This document shows positions 51,271 through 60,663 of a stretch of 64,000 nucleotides of DNA, piece by piece (within the stretch, counting starts at the first letter, position 1; the number at the start of each line of letters is the position of its first letter). Made by a program: the position numbers and the translations under genes. The DNA lies in NCBI GenBank assembly GCA_902518955.1, contig CABYIR010000002.1, positions 48,891 to 112,890 on the forward strand, written 5' to 3'. The notes beneath the pieces are model-generated. The model saw nothing but the letters and a program-made list of their open reading frames with translations, made no database searches and had not been told where the DNA came from. This stretch comes from an uncultured Pelagibacteraceae bacterium. Lineage in GTDB: Bacteria > Pseudomonadota > Alphaproteobacteria > Pelagibacterales > AG-422-B15.

Positions 51271-52263
51271 ATGGATAAATACAAAGATATACACTCTTCA
51301 GTTTCTTCAAAAAAAGAAAATGTTAATGATTTAGAAAGCTTGGAGTCATTCAGACAAGAATTCTTAGGGAAGAAAGGTGATATTTCTCTTGCTATGAAGG
51401 AATTGGGGAAACTTGAACCTGATGAGCGTAAAAAACATGCTGAAGAATTAAATATAATTAAAGATTCTGTTCTATCTTTTGTTAAAGTAAAAACAGAAGA
51501 AATAAATAACGAAATTTTAGATAAACAAATTAAAACGGAATCTCTTGACGTTACACTTCCTGTGAGTAGTTCATCGGGAACCATCCATCCTATAACCCAG
51601 GTCATTGATGAGGTGATAGCAATCTTTGCGGATTTAGATTTCTATGTTGCAGAAGGACCAGAAATTGAAACCGATTATAACAATTTTACTGCGTTAAATA
51701 CATCTGAACATCATCCAGCAAGGCAAATGCACGATACATTTTACGTAAATTCAGAAACAGATGGTATGCAAAATGTAATGAGGACGCATACTTCTCCCGT
51801 TCAAATAAGAAGTATGTTATCTCAAGAGCCTCCAATTCGGCTTATCGCTCCAGGTAAGACTTTTCGATGCGACAATGATCAAACTCATACTCCAATGTTT
51901 CATCAAGTTGAGGGTCTTGTCATAGATAAAGAGAGTAATATGGGTCACTTAAAAGGATGTCTTGAAATATTTTTAAAATCATTTTTTGAAACGGATAGTT
52001 TAAATATGCGATTTAGACCAAGTCATTTTCCTTTCACTGAACCCTCAGCAGAAGTAGATATTGGTTATAAAAAGAAAGGTAATCAACTTATCATTGGAGA
52101 AGGTTCAGATTGGCTAGAGATTCTCGGATGTGGAATGGTTCATCCAAATGTATTAAGAAACATCAATATTGATCCAGATGTATATCAAGGTTATGCATTT
52201 GGTATGGGTATTGAAAGAATTGCAATGTTAAAATATGGAATCAGTGATTTAAGAACTTATTGA
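51271..52263 (+). CDS. pheS: Phenylalanine--tRNA ligase alpha subunit, apparently truncated at the C-terminus
   Basis: HPAR.MHDTF, RTHTSPVQ, FPFTEPS, FGMGIERIAMLKYGISDLR, then an immediate stop. Confidence 0.95.
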   Translation: MDKYKDIHSSVSSKKENVNDLESLESFRQEFLGKKGDISLAMKELGKLEPDERKKHAEELNIIKDSVLSFVKVKTEEINNEILDKQIKTESLDVTLPVSSSSGTIHPITQVIDEVIAIFADLDFYVAEGPEIETDYNNFTALNTSEHHPARQMHDTFYVNSETDGMQNVMRTHTSPVQIRSMLSQEPPIRLIAPGKTFRCDNDQTHTPMFHQVEGLVIDKESNMGHLKGCLEIFLKSFFETDSLNMRFRPSHFPFTEPSAEVDIGYKKKGNQLIIGEGSDWLEILGCGMVHPNVLRNINIDPDVYQGYAFGMGIERIAMLKYGISDLRTY

Positions 52264-55200
52264 AGTTTCCTCTTCTTTAGATCTTCTCTTAAAGGATGTT
52301 CCAGGGTATGAATTATTTCTTTCGGACATATCTGTATAAATTTAAGCTTTTCAGTATCCCAATCATCTAGAATACGTTTTGCATGCTTACTACCTGTTTC
52401 ATTATAATGTTTATCAATAAACTTCTTTAATACATTTTCCCAGTGCTTACTCTGTATTTTATCAAAAATAAGAGTCTCTTCATTTACTCTATGCTTAAAT
52501 TTTTCATCATTATCATAAACGAAAGCCATTCCTCCTGTCATTCCGGCACCAAAATTATCTCCTGTAGGCCCTAAAATTATTATATTTCCTCCAGTCATGT
52601 ATTCACATCCATTCGAACCACACCCTTCAACTACCGCTGTAGCACCTGAATTTCTTACAGCAAATCTCTCTCCCGCTTGTCCAGAGGCGAACAGAGAACC
52701 ACTTGTTGATCCGTACATGCATGTGTTACCAATTATAGTATTTTCATTTGTATTAAGTCGACTATTTTTGTGTGGCCTAATAATAATCTTAGCACCAGAT
52801 AAACTTTTACCAACATAATCATTTGCATCACCTTCTACTTTAATACTAAGCCCTTTTACTGCAAATGCACCTAAAGATTGTCCAGCAGAACCTTCTAAGT
52901 TAAGAGTCAATTGATCATCGTTAATATTAGTATCTTTAAATTTATGATACATAACAGAAGATAATTTTGCACCAATTGTTCTATCAGTATTCTTCACTGA
53001 ATAGTGAAGCTCTGTTTTTTGTCCAGTTTCAAAAAACTTTGTTGCATCAACAATAATTTTTTCATCAAGAGTTGATCCTGCATCATTAATACTTTTATGA
53101 TTAAAGTATTCTACATCTGGATCCTTTTCAGCTTGAATTAAAATAGAATTTAAGTCTAAATCATCTAAATGAGAAGAGCCTCGTGAAATTTGATAGAGTA
53201 AATCTGTTCTTCCAATGATTTCATTCAGGCTAGCAAATCCAAGTTCAGCTAAAATTTCTCTCACTTCTTCAGCGATAAAGCTAAATAAATTAACAACTTT
53301 CTCTGCTGTTCCTGAGAATCTTTTTCTTAAATCATCGTCTTGAGTACAAACTCCAACAGGGCATGTATTGCTATGACATTGACGCACGAGTATACAGCCC
53401 ATTGCAACAAGAGATGTTGTTCCCAAATTAAATTCTTCAGCACCCATAAGTGCTGCCATCACTACATCTCTACCTGTTTTTATGCCTCCATCTGTTCTCA
53501 AAGTTACATTTTGACGTAAACCATTTAATGTCAAAACTTGATTGACTTCTGTAAGTCCCATTTCCCAGGGAATGCCTGCATATTTGACACTCGTTTGTGG
53601 ACTAGCTCCCGTTCCACCATTGTGACCAGAAATAAGAATTACATCAGCTTTTGCTTTTGCTACGCCCGCTGCAATAGTTCCTATTCCTGATGAAGCAACG
53701 AGTTTTACGCAAACTTTTGCATTAGGGTTTATTTGTTTCAAATCAAAAATCAGTTGAGCTAAATCTTCAATTGAGTAGATATCGTGGTGAGGTGGTGGTG
53801 AAATAAGAGTCACACCTAGCGTGCTATGTCTTAATTTGGCTATTTCTGCAGTAACTTTAAAACCTGGAAGTTGCCCTCCTTCACCAGGTTTTGCTCCCTG
53901 AGCAATTTTTATTTCTATTTCCTCGCAATTATTGAGATACTCAGCTGTCACTCCAAATCTTGCAGATGCTATTTGTTTAACTCTTGAATTTGCGTTATCT
54001 CCATTTTTTCGAGTAATTGATCTTTCAATTGATTCTCCACCTTCTCCACTACATGACGACCCGCCTATCCTGTTCATTGCAATTGCTAGAGTTTCATGGG
54101 CTTCTTTAGAAAGAGCTCCGTGAGACATACTTCCACTCCCAAATCTCTTTCTTATTGATGTAATAGACTCAACATCACCTAGAGATTTTTTTTCTTTAAT
54201 TGATTTAAATTCTAATAAATCTCTGATGTTTATTGGTGAAAAATTTTTATGAGCTAGAGAATATTTTTTATACAAATCGTATGAATCATTTGAGACAGCT
54301 GTTTGCAGTAAATGTATTAGTTTTCCATCATAAGCATGAATTTCTTCACCATATCTGTATCTGTATATACCTCCTATAGGTAATGTATCTACCTCACCAG
54401 AGTACGCGTAAGAGTGAAGTTGACTGATCTTGAATTCAATTCCAGTTAAGCCAATACCAGATATTCGGCTTTGCACACCGAGAAAATATTCATTGACCAT
54501 TGAGCGACTTAAACCGACGGCTTCAAAATTAAATCCACCTCTGTATGCAGATAGAACTGAAATACCTAATTTTGACATAATTTTTAGAAGACCTTGATCA
54601 ACAGCTTTTTTATATCTCTGAACACATTCTTCATAACTTAATTTTTTAAACAGTCCTTTTTCATGTCTTTCTCTTATACACTCTTGAGCAAGATAAGGAT
54701 TTACAGTTGTTGCACCAACTCCAATCAGCACAGCAAAGTAATGGGTGTCAAGACATTCAGCTGACTGAGTATGAATTGAAACAAAAGACCTTATTCCTTT
54801 TCTGGTTAAAAAAGTGTGCACAGCGGCAGTTGCAAGAATTATCGGTACTGAAACTTTATCGCGATCAGTATTTATATCCGTTAATACTACATGCTGCCTT
54901 CCACTAAGAACCGCTGCCTCAGCTTCGTTCTGAATTCTTTTGATTGTTTCCTTTAAAGAAATTCTTTTTAAATCAAATGAACAGTCTATTATTTTAGTAA
55001 CTTCTTGACCAAACTTCATCATTTTTGCAAAAATACTATTAGTAATGATTGGGCTATCCATCACAAAAACATTATCTTGATATGAATTTGAGTCCAAAAC
55101 ATCTCTTAAATTGCCAAACCGTGTCTTTAAACTCATCCTTGACTGCTCTCTCAAGCTATCGATTGGAGGATTAGTAACTTGACTAAATTTTTGTCTAAAA

Positions 55201-56774
55201 AAATGAGATAGAGGTCTAAATTTATCTGACAATACTGCAATTGGCGTGTCATCGCCCATTGATCCAGTAGCTTCTTTTGCCTCAACAACCATTGGATGTA
55301 AGATCAACTCTAATTCTTCCATTGTATAACCTGCGGCAATTTTTCGTTGTCTCAATGATTTAAAATCAAAAAGCTTATTTTCTTTTTTTGATGTTATTCT
55401 CTTATCAATTCTAATGATCTTCTTAACAAATTCATGATATGGGTACTGATTGGCAAGCTTGTCTTTTAATTCAAAATTTTCATATAACTTTCCTTCTTTA
55501 AGGTTGACGCCTAACAGGTCACCTGGCCCCAACCTACCCTTGAAAATTATTTCTTCTTCATCAACTGGAACCATTCCAGCCTCAGATCCTGCTACAATTA
55601 AATTACTATTCGTAATACAATATCGCATCGGCCGTAATCCATTTCTATCCATACCTCCAATAACCCATTCACCATCATATGCTGCAATTGCTGCAGGGCC
55701 ATCCCAAGGCTCAATAGTTCCATTTGCAAATTCATACATGTTGGAATGGGAAGATGGTAAAAGCTTACTTCTTTTGGACCATGCCTCTGGCATTAGTAAT
55801 GTTTTTGTTAAAGGGGCCGACCTTCCTGCACGAACAAATAATTCAAAAGCTGCATCAAGCGCAGAGGAGTCTGAGCTTCCTCTTATGATTATAGGCTTGA
55901 CTTGTTCACTATCCTCTCCAAATAACTCAGATGCAATCCTATTTTCGTGGCTACGCATCCAATTTGAATTCCCTGAAATAGTATTAATCTCACCATTGTG
56001 CGCTAAAGCTCTAAATGGTTGTGCGAGCGCCCAGCTAGGAAAAGTATTTGTTGAATATCGCTGATGGAAAATTGCAAATGAAGAAACAAAATTTTTATCC
56101 TGTAAGTCAGGATAAAATACCTCTAATTCTTCAGCTAAAAATAGCCCTTTGTATATTACAGATTTAAAGCTTAAAGAACATATATAAAAATCACTAATTT
56201 GGATTTTTAATATTCTTTTTTCTATTCGCCTTCTTATTAAAAAAAGTTCTTTATCTAGATCTTCTTTTTCACTTCTTTCCTTATTATTTACAAACATAAC
56301 CTGCTCAATTTCTGGTCTTGTCATATTTGCTTTTTTACCGATCACACTAGTGTCAACAGGTACTTGTCTCCATCCATATATAAAATAACCATGATCAATC
56401 AGCTCTGATTCGATAATTGTTCTACACTTTTCAAGGGCTGAATAATCATTACGTGGAAGGAAAATCATTCCCATTCCTAAATCTCCCTGCATCATTTCAT
56501 GGCCAGTTTTTTTTATCTCTTCCTCAAAAAAAGCTTTAGGAATTTCTATGTGTATACCAGCGCCATCTCCTGTTTTGCCATCAGCATCAATTGCGCCGCG
56601 ATGCCATACAGCCTTGAGTGCTTCAATTCCACTTGTCACAACACGTCTGTTGGGTTTTCCATCTATTGAAGCAATAAAACCAACACCACAAGCATCATGT
56701 TCTTGCGTCGAGTCATATAGATTTGCATCAATCAGCTTTTGCTTATTATTATTATATCGGTCTAACCAACTCAT
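52257..56774 (-). CDS. gltB: Glutamate synthase large subunit
   Basis: E.DA|CGVGF, HQRYSTNTFP, QGAKPGEGGQLPG, CHSNTCPVG, GXGXG C-terminal domain. Confidence 0.98.
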   Translation of the reverse strand: MSWLDRYNNNKQKLIDANLYDSTQEHDACGVGFIASIDGKPNRRVVTSGIEALKAVWHRGAIDADGKTGDGAGIHIEIPKAFFEEEIKKTGHEMMQGDLGMGMIFLPRNDYSALEKCRTIIESELIDHGYFIYGWRQVPVDTSVIGKKANMTRPEIEQVMFVNNKERSEKEDLDKELFLIRRRIEKRILKIQISDFYICSLSFKSVIYKGLFLAEELEVFYPDLQDKNFVSSFAIFHQRYSTNTFPSWALAQPFRALAHNGEINTISGNSNWMRSHENRIASELFGEDSEQVKPIIIRGSSDSSALDAAFELFVRAGRSAPLTKTLLMPEAWSKRSKLLPSSHSNMYEFANGTIEPWDGPAAIAAYDGEWVIGGMDRNGLRPMRYCITNSNLIVAGSEAGMVPVDEEEIIFKGRLGPGDLLGVNLKEGKLYENFELKDKLANQYPYHEFVKKIIRIDKRITSKKENKLFDFKSLRQRKIAAGYTMEELELILHPMVVEAKEATGSMGDDTPIAVLSDKFRPLSHFFRQKFSQVTNPPIDSLREQSRMSLKTRFGNLRDVLDSNSYQDNVFVMDSPIITNSIFAKMMKFGQEVTKIIDCSFDLKRISLKETIKRIQNEAEAAVLSGRQHVVLTDINTDRDKVSVPIILATAAVHTFLTRKGIRSFVSIHTQSAECLDTHYFAVLIGVGATTVNPYLAQECIRERHEKGLFKKLSYEECVQRYKKAVDQGLLKIMSKLGISVLSAYRGGFNFEAVGLSRSMVNEYFLGVQSRISGIGLTGIEFKISQLHSYAYSGEVDTLPIGGIYRYRYGEEIHAYDGKLIHLLQTAVSNDSYDLYKKYSLAHKNFSPINIRDLLEFKSIKEKKSLGDVESITSIRKRFGSGSMSHGALSKEAHETLAIAMNRIGGSSCSGEGGESIERSITRKNGDNANSRVKQIASARFGVTAEYLNNCEEIEIKIAQGAKPGEGGQLPGFKVTAEIAKLRHSTLGVTLISPPPHHDIYSIEDLAQLIFDLKQINPNAKVCVKLVASSGIGTIAAGVAKAKADVILISGHNGGTGASPQTSVKYAGIPWEMGLTEVNQVLTLNGLRQNVTLRTDGGIKTGRDVVMAALMGAEEFNLGTTSLVAMGCILVRQCHSNTCPVGVCTQDDDLRKRFSGTAEKVVNLFSFIAEEVREILAELGFASLNEIIGRTDLLYQISRGSSHLDDLDLNSILIQAEKDPDVEYFNHKSINDAGSTLDEKIIVDATKFFETGQKTELHYSVKNTDRTIGAKLSSVMYHKFKDTNINDDQLTLNLEGSAGQSLGAFAVKGLSIKVEGDANDYVGKSLSGAKIIIRPHKNSRLNTNENTIIGNTCMYGSTSGSLFASGQAGERFAVRNSGATAVVEGCGSNGCEYMTGGNIIILGPTGDNFGAGMTGGMAFVYDNDEKFKHRVNEETLIFDKIQSKHWENVLKKFIDKHYNETGSKHAKRILDDWDTEKLKFIQICPKEIIHTLEHPLREDLKKRKLQ

Positions 56775-58204
56775 TAAGAAGCCTTTACTATTTGATGTTT
56801 TTTTGCTTCTACATAGCTATGTATTGACTCAGCAGCATCTCTACCATCTCTAATACCCCACACAACTAATGATGCCCCTCTTGCAATATCACCAGCAGCA
56901 AACACACCATCTAGCTCAGTCATTAGGGTATTAAAAGATGTTTTAATGGTACCCCACTTCGTTACAGGAAGTTCTTTTTCATTAAACAGTTTTGGTAAAT
57001 CTTCTGGATCAAATCCTAAGGCTTCAATGACGATATCAGCTTTTAGGCTAAATTCTGAATTTTCAATCTCAATGGGCACCTGTCTTCCTGAAGCATCGGG
57101 TTCACTCAATTTTGTTTTTGCACAAATAACTTCTTTAATTTTACTATCTCCATGAAATGACTTAGGGATAGATTGCCATATAAACTCGACACCTTCTTCC
57201 TCGGCATTTAAAACTTCCCGAGTTGAACCAGGCATATTCTCTCTATCTCTTCGATATAAACATTTGACTGATTTTGCGTTTTGACGAACACTTGTCCGAA
57301 CACAGTCCATAGCAGTGTCACCACCACCAATAACGATAACATCCTTATCCTCAGCATTTAAAGTACCATCATCAAATAGCTCGACTTTATCACCGAGACC
57401 TTTTTTATTAGAAGCAGTTAGAAAATCTAAAGCTGGATGTATGTTGGGATAATTAGTTTTAACGTCAAGCTTTCGGGGTTTATAAACACCTGTAGCAATT
57501 AAAATAGCTTCGTGTTTTTTTCTTATTTCTTGAAAAGAAATATCTTTACCAATATTTACATTTAAATGAAATTTAATACCTGAGTCTTCTAAATATTTAA
57601 TTCTTCTTTCAACAATATTTTTTTCTAATTTGAAATTGGGAATACCATAAATAAGCAGGCCCCCCGCACGATCATAACGATCATATATTGTAATTTCGTA
57701 TCCTTTTTTTCTAAGTTCATCTGCGGCTGCCAGTCCGGCTGGCCCCGAACCAATTATTCCTATTCTTTCATTTCGCTTCTGATGCTGCTCTAGTTGTATT
57801 GGTTTAATCCAATTATTTTCAAATGCGTTATCTGTTAAATACTTTTCAATTGATCCTATCGTAACTGAACCATGGCCACTTTGCTCAATAACACAATTAC
57901 CTTCGCATAAACGATCTTGAGGACAAATCCTTCCAGTAATCTCAGGCAAATTATTTGTACTTGCTGATAATTGATATGCTTCTTCTAATCGATCTTCAGC
58001 TGTAAGTTTTAGCCAGTCAGGAATATGGTTATGGAGAGGACAGTGAACTGTGCAGTATGGAACTCCACACTGAGAACATCTACTTGATTGTTCCTCGGCC
58101 TTATCCTTTACATACCCCTTATATATTTCATTAAAGTTAGTCTTACGGTCTTTAGACTCAAATTTCTCTGGGTAGTTTTGATGTAAGTCTGTAAATTTAA
58201 GCAT
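56774..58204 (-). CDS. gltD: Glutamate synthase small subunit
   Basis: RCSQCGVPYC..HCP, GRICPQDRLCEG, GSGPAGL, GGGDTAMD. Confidence 0.97.
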   Translation of the reverse strand: MLKFTDLHQNYPEKFESKDRKTNFNEIYKGYVKDKAEEQSSRCSQCGVPYCTVHCPLHNHIPDWLKLTAEDRLEEAYQLSASTNNLPEITGRICPQDRLCEGNCVIEQSGHGSVTIGSIEKYLTDNAFENNWIKPIQLEQHQKRNERIGIIGSGPAGLAAADELRKKGYEITIYDRYDRAGGLLIYGIPNFKLEKNIVERRIKYLEDSGIKFHLNVNIGKDISFQEIRKKHEAILIATGVYKPRKLDVKTNYPNIHPALDFLTASNKKGLGDKVELFDDGTLNAEDKDVIVIGGGDTAMDCVRTSVRQNAKSVKCLYRRDRENMPGSTREVLNAEEEGVEFIWQSIPKSFHGDSKIKEVICAKTKLSEPDASGRQVPIEIENSEFSLKADIVIEALGFDPEDLPKLFNEKELPVTKWGTIKTSFNTLMTELDGVFAAGDIARGASLVVWGIRDGRDAAESIHSYVEAKKHQIVKAS

Positions 58205-58217
58205 AGTATTATTTTAT

Positions 58218-58307
58218 GTCATATAATATGACTTATTTTTTATAATTAATCCTAATTTAATTTTTTTATAGACTATTAAGGATTCTATTAAAGTAATAAC
58301 ATATGAC
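58218..58307. promoter_or_regulatory. Pair of 15-bp operator-like sites upstream of gltDB
   Basis: Perfect palindrome GTCATAT-A-ATATGAC (58218-58232) and variant GTAATAACATATGAC (58293-58307). Confidence 0.55.
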
Positions 58308-58375
58308 CTATATATGTATTTTAACCAACTTTTATTTGGCAAACTGGCAATAACATTCTATTTTTCATTAAATTT

Positions 58376-59167
58376 ATGTATTTTTTTCCAGTTATTCTGT
58401 TAGCAATTATTCAAGGAATTACAGAGTTTTTACCAGTAAGCTCTTCAGCCCACTTAATAGTTGCCTCAGATTTCATCGAATTTACATATGAAAACATTGC
58501 TCTCGATGTCAGCCTTCATTTAGGGACTCTGCTTGCAGTTATAGTTTACTTTAGATCAGATATTTTATTAATAATGAGTGGGATCATTGATTCTCAGAGT
58601 AAGGGAAGAAATACTGCTATTCAAATATTTATTGCTACTGTTCCAATCGTAATCTTTGGAGGTCTCGCTTTCATGACGGGGATAGTTGACTATTTCAGAA
58701 ATATTCAAGTTATTGCACTTTCAACTATTATTTTTGGAATCATTCTTTATTACGCTGATAATCAAAATAATAAAAAAATCAAAACTATTGATGAGTTAAA
58801 CATTGGAGAAAGTTTTATCATTGGACTTTTTCAAGTTCTAGCAATAATTCCTGGAACATCAAGATCAGGCATTGTTTATAGTGGAGGCAGGTTCTTAAAT
58901 ATATCACGAATAGAAGCTCTGAGATTTGCAATGCTACTTTCGATACCTACTATTTTACTATCTACATTTATTCCAACCTATAAATTTATAGAAAGCCCAT
59001 CTTCTGAGTTTTTGTTAATGGGCGCTGTTGGTCTTATTGTTTCATTTGGAACTGCTTATCTTTCAATCAGCCTGTTGATGAGTTGGGTAAGAAAATTTTC
59101 GATGGTACCATTTGTAATTTATAGAATAATCTTGGGGAGTGTTCTATTGCTATATTCAATTATATAA
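58376..59167 (+). CDS. uppP: Undecaprenyl-diphosphate phosphatase
   Basis: QGITEFLPVSSSAH, PGTSRSG, F..YRI. Confidence 0.95.
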   Translation: MYFFPVILLAIIQGITEFLPVSSSAHLIVASDFIEFTYENIALDVSLHLGTLLAVIVYFRSDILLIMSGIIDSQSKGRNTAIQIFIATVPIVIFGGLAFMTGIVDYFRNIQVIALSTIIFGIILYYADNQNNKKIKTIDELNIGESFIIGLFQVLAIIPGTSRSGIVYSGGRFLNISRIEALRFAMLLSIPTILLSTFIPTYKFIESPSSEFLLMGAVGLIVSFGTAYLSISLLMSWVRKFSMVPFVIYRIILGSVLLLYSII

Positions 59168-59503
59168 TTTTTTTTTAATTTTAAATCTATAGAATAATAA
59201 AATAGCAATTACTTTGTAAGCTATCTTACTGATTGTATAGATAATTGGAAGATTTATAATTTTAGCAACAAATTGAAATCCGCTTGTATGATTCCAAACG
59301 TATATAAATGCGTCAACCCCAACGAGTTCACTATTATCTGAAAATCTTATATGAAGCTGCTTTAGATATTTATCACCTAATTGACTACAATCTCGAAATT
59401 TAAGTTTTGATCTTTTTTTATAATGATTTATTTCAAAGTTACAGATGCTGCACTCTTCATTAAATAAAACTACGCCATCATCTTTTGAATATTCGTTATT
59501 CAT
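59156..59503 (-). CDS. DCC/DUF393 thiol-disulfide oxidoreductase-like protein
   Basis: FN..CSIC..EI..Y, GVDAF..VW. Confidence 0.8.
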   Translation of the reverse strand: MNNEYSKDDGVVLFNEECSICNFEINHYKKRSKLKFRDCSQLGDKYLKQLHIRFSDNSELVGVDAFIYVWNHTSGFQFVAKIINLPIIYTISKIAYKVIAILLFYRFKIKKKLYN

Positions 59504-60002
59504 ACACTGAAGATATTAAACTCCTTAGTTCATTTCTTTCAGTACAATTAAAAATACAGAGATCATTCAATTTTTCTAGATTTTCTTCAGCCATTTCTAA
59601 TCTGTTTGTCTCAATGTATAACTCACCCTGATATTCTAATATTCCAACGTGATTTGGATTTATTTCTAATCCAACAGCATAATATCTCTCTGCATCATCA
59701 AAATTTTTAAGTTTTCTTGATACAAAGCCTATATAATTCCAACCATTAGCATCATTTGGATTCTCATAAACATATTGCTCTAAATCAACTAAGGCTCCAT
59801 CAAAATTTTCATTTCTTACTTTAATAACAATTTTTGCCAAATCACCATTATAGTTAGAACTTAACGAATTCCCATCACCAGCTGAGCTATCTGAGCCCCC
59901 TGAGCCCCCTGAGCCTCCTGAGCCCCCTGAGCCCCCTGAGCCAGCGCTATGGGCAACACTTATTGAAAAAAATAATAAAAATACAATCTGCAAAAGTTTC
60001 AT
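59496..60002 (-). CDS. Secreted TPR protein with (GGS)n linker
   Basis: Signal peptide ending AHS-A, GGS repeats, TPR motifs (P.DA..WNY.G, AL..NP.H....EY.GELY). Confidence 0.85.
   Translation of the reverse strand: MKLLQIVFLLFFSISVAHSAGSGGSGGSGGSGGSGGSDSSAGDGNSLSSNYNGDLAKIVIKVRNENFDGALVDLEQYVYENPNDANGWNYIGFVSRKLKNFDDAERYYAVGLEINPNHVGILEYQGELYIETNRLEMAEENLEKLNDLCIFNCTERNELRSLISSVYE
59891..59942. repeat. 9-bp tandem repeat (CTGAGCCCC) x ~5.8
   Basis: Read directly; one unit is CTGAGCCTC. Confidence 0.95.
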
Positions 60003-60074
60003 TTTAATCTCGCTATAGTTTATAAATACTTTATTTAAATATATCTGAAATGACTTTAGACAAGATCATTGTGA

Positions 60075-60150
60075 GGTTTTTAATTAAAGTGCCAATTTGT
60101 CAGTATTAAAAACCAAATATCCTATCAAAATTGATTATTGGTTTTTAATA
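60075..60150 (+). promoter_or_regulatory. Inverted/direct repeat element in the PII leader
   Basis: 13-bp perfect inverted repeat at 60104-60116 / 60138-60150, plus a second GGTTTTTAAT copy at 60075-60084. Confidence 0.55.
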
Positions 60151-60163
60151 TATTTGAGAAATT

Positions 60164-60514
60164 ATGAAACTTATAACTGCTTTTATAAAACCCTTTAAGC
60201 TACATGATGTAAAAAAAGCTCTTGATGGAATGGGTGTTCAAGGCATGTCTGTCACTGAAGTTAGAGGATATGGGAGACAAAAAGGCCAGTCTGAACTTTA
60301 TAGAGGTGAAGAATATGAAGTAGCTTTTCTTCCAAAGATTAGAATTGAAATCGCAACTACAAATGAACTTGCGGAAAAAATGATACCGGCAATTATAAAA
60401 GGTGCTCAAACAGGAAAGGTGGGAGATGGTAAAATTTTAGTTTCTGATTTGGAGAATGTTTATCGAATAAGAACTGAGGAGTCTGGAATTGATGCTTTGG
60501 CTGAATACATTTAG
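60164..60514 (+). CDS. P-II family nitrogen regulator (stand-alone; GlnB versus GlnK not resolved)
   Basis: IKPFKL, G.GRQKG..ELYRG.EY, FLPK, TGK.GDGKI, RIRT. Confidence 0.93.
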   Translation: MKLITAFIKPFKLHDVKKALDGMGVQGMSVTEVRGYGRQKGQSELYRGEEYEVAFLPKIRIEIATTNELAEKMIPAIIKGAQTGKVGDGKILVSDLENVYRIRTEESGIDALAEYI

Positions 60515-60663
60515 ATTAAAGAAAATTATTAAAAATAATTGGAATTTAAATCCTCCCACTGAAAAAATTGATATTGCATTATCAATATTCTTAATACTGC
60601 TAATATTACCAAAATAAACACTAAAATTAAGTATTTTCATAAAAGGTGATATACTGATTATTA

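Noticed and set aside
55450..56853. Long antisense ORFs inside gltB (and similar ones inside cobT, mcm, lysA and pheS)
   Set aside because: They are antisense or frame shadows of conserved genes with no independent motifs.
60437..60640. Small ORFs after PII (minus 60437-60640; plus 60492-60617) and an ATTGATA-N6-TATCAAT palindrome at 60567-60586
   Set aside because: Both ORFs overlap the PII gene and have no clear SD or recognisable family. The palindrome spacing does not fit an FNR box.
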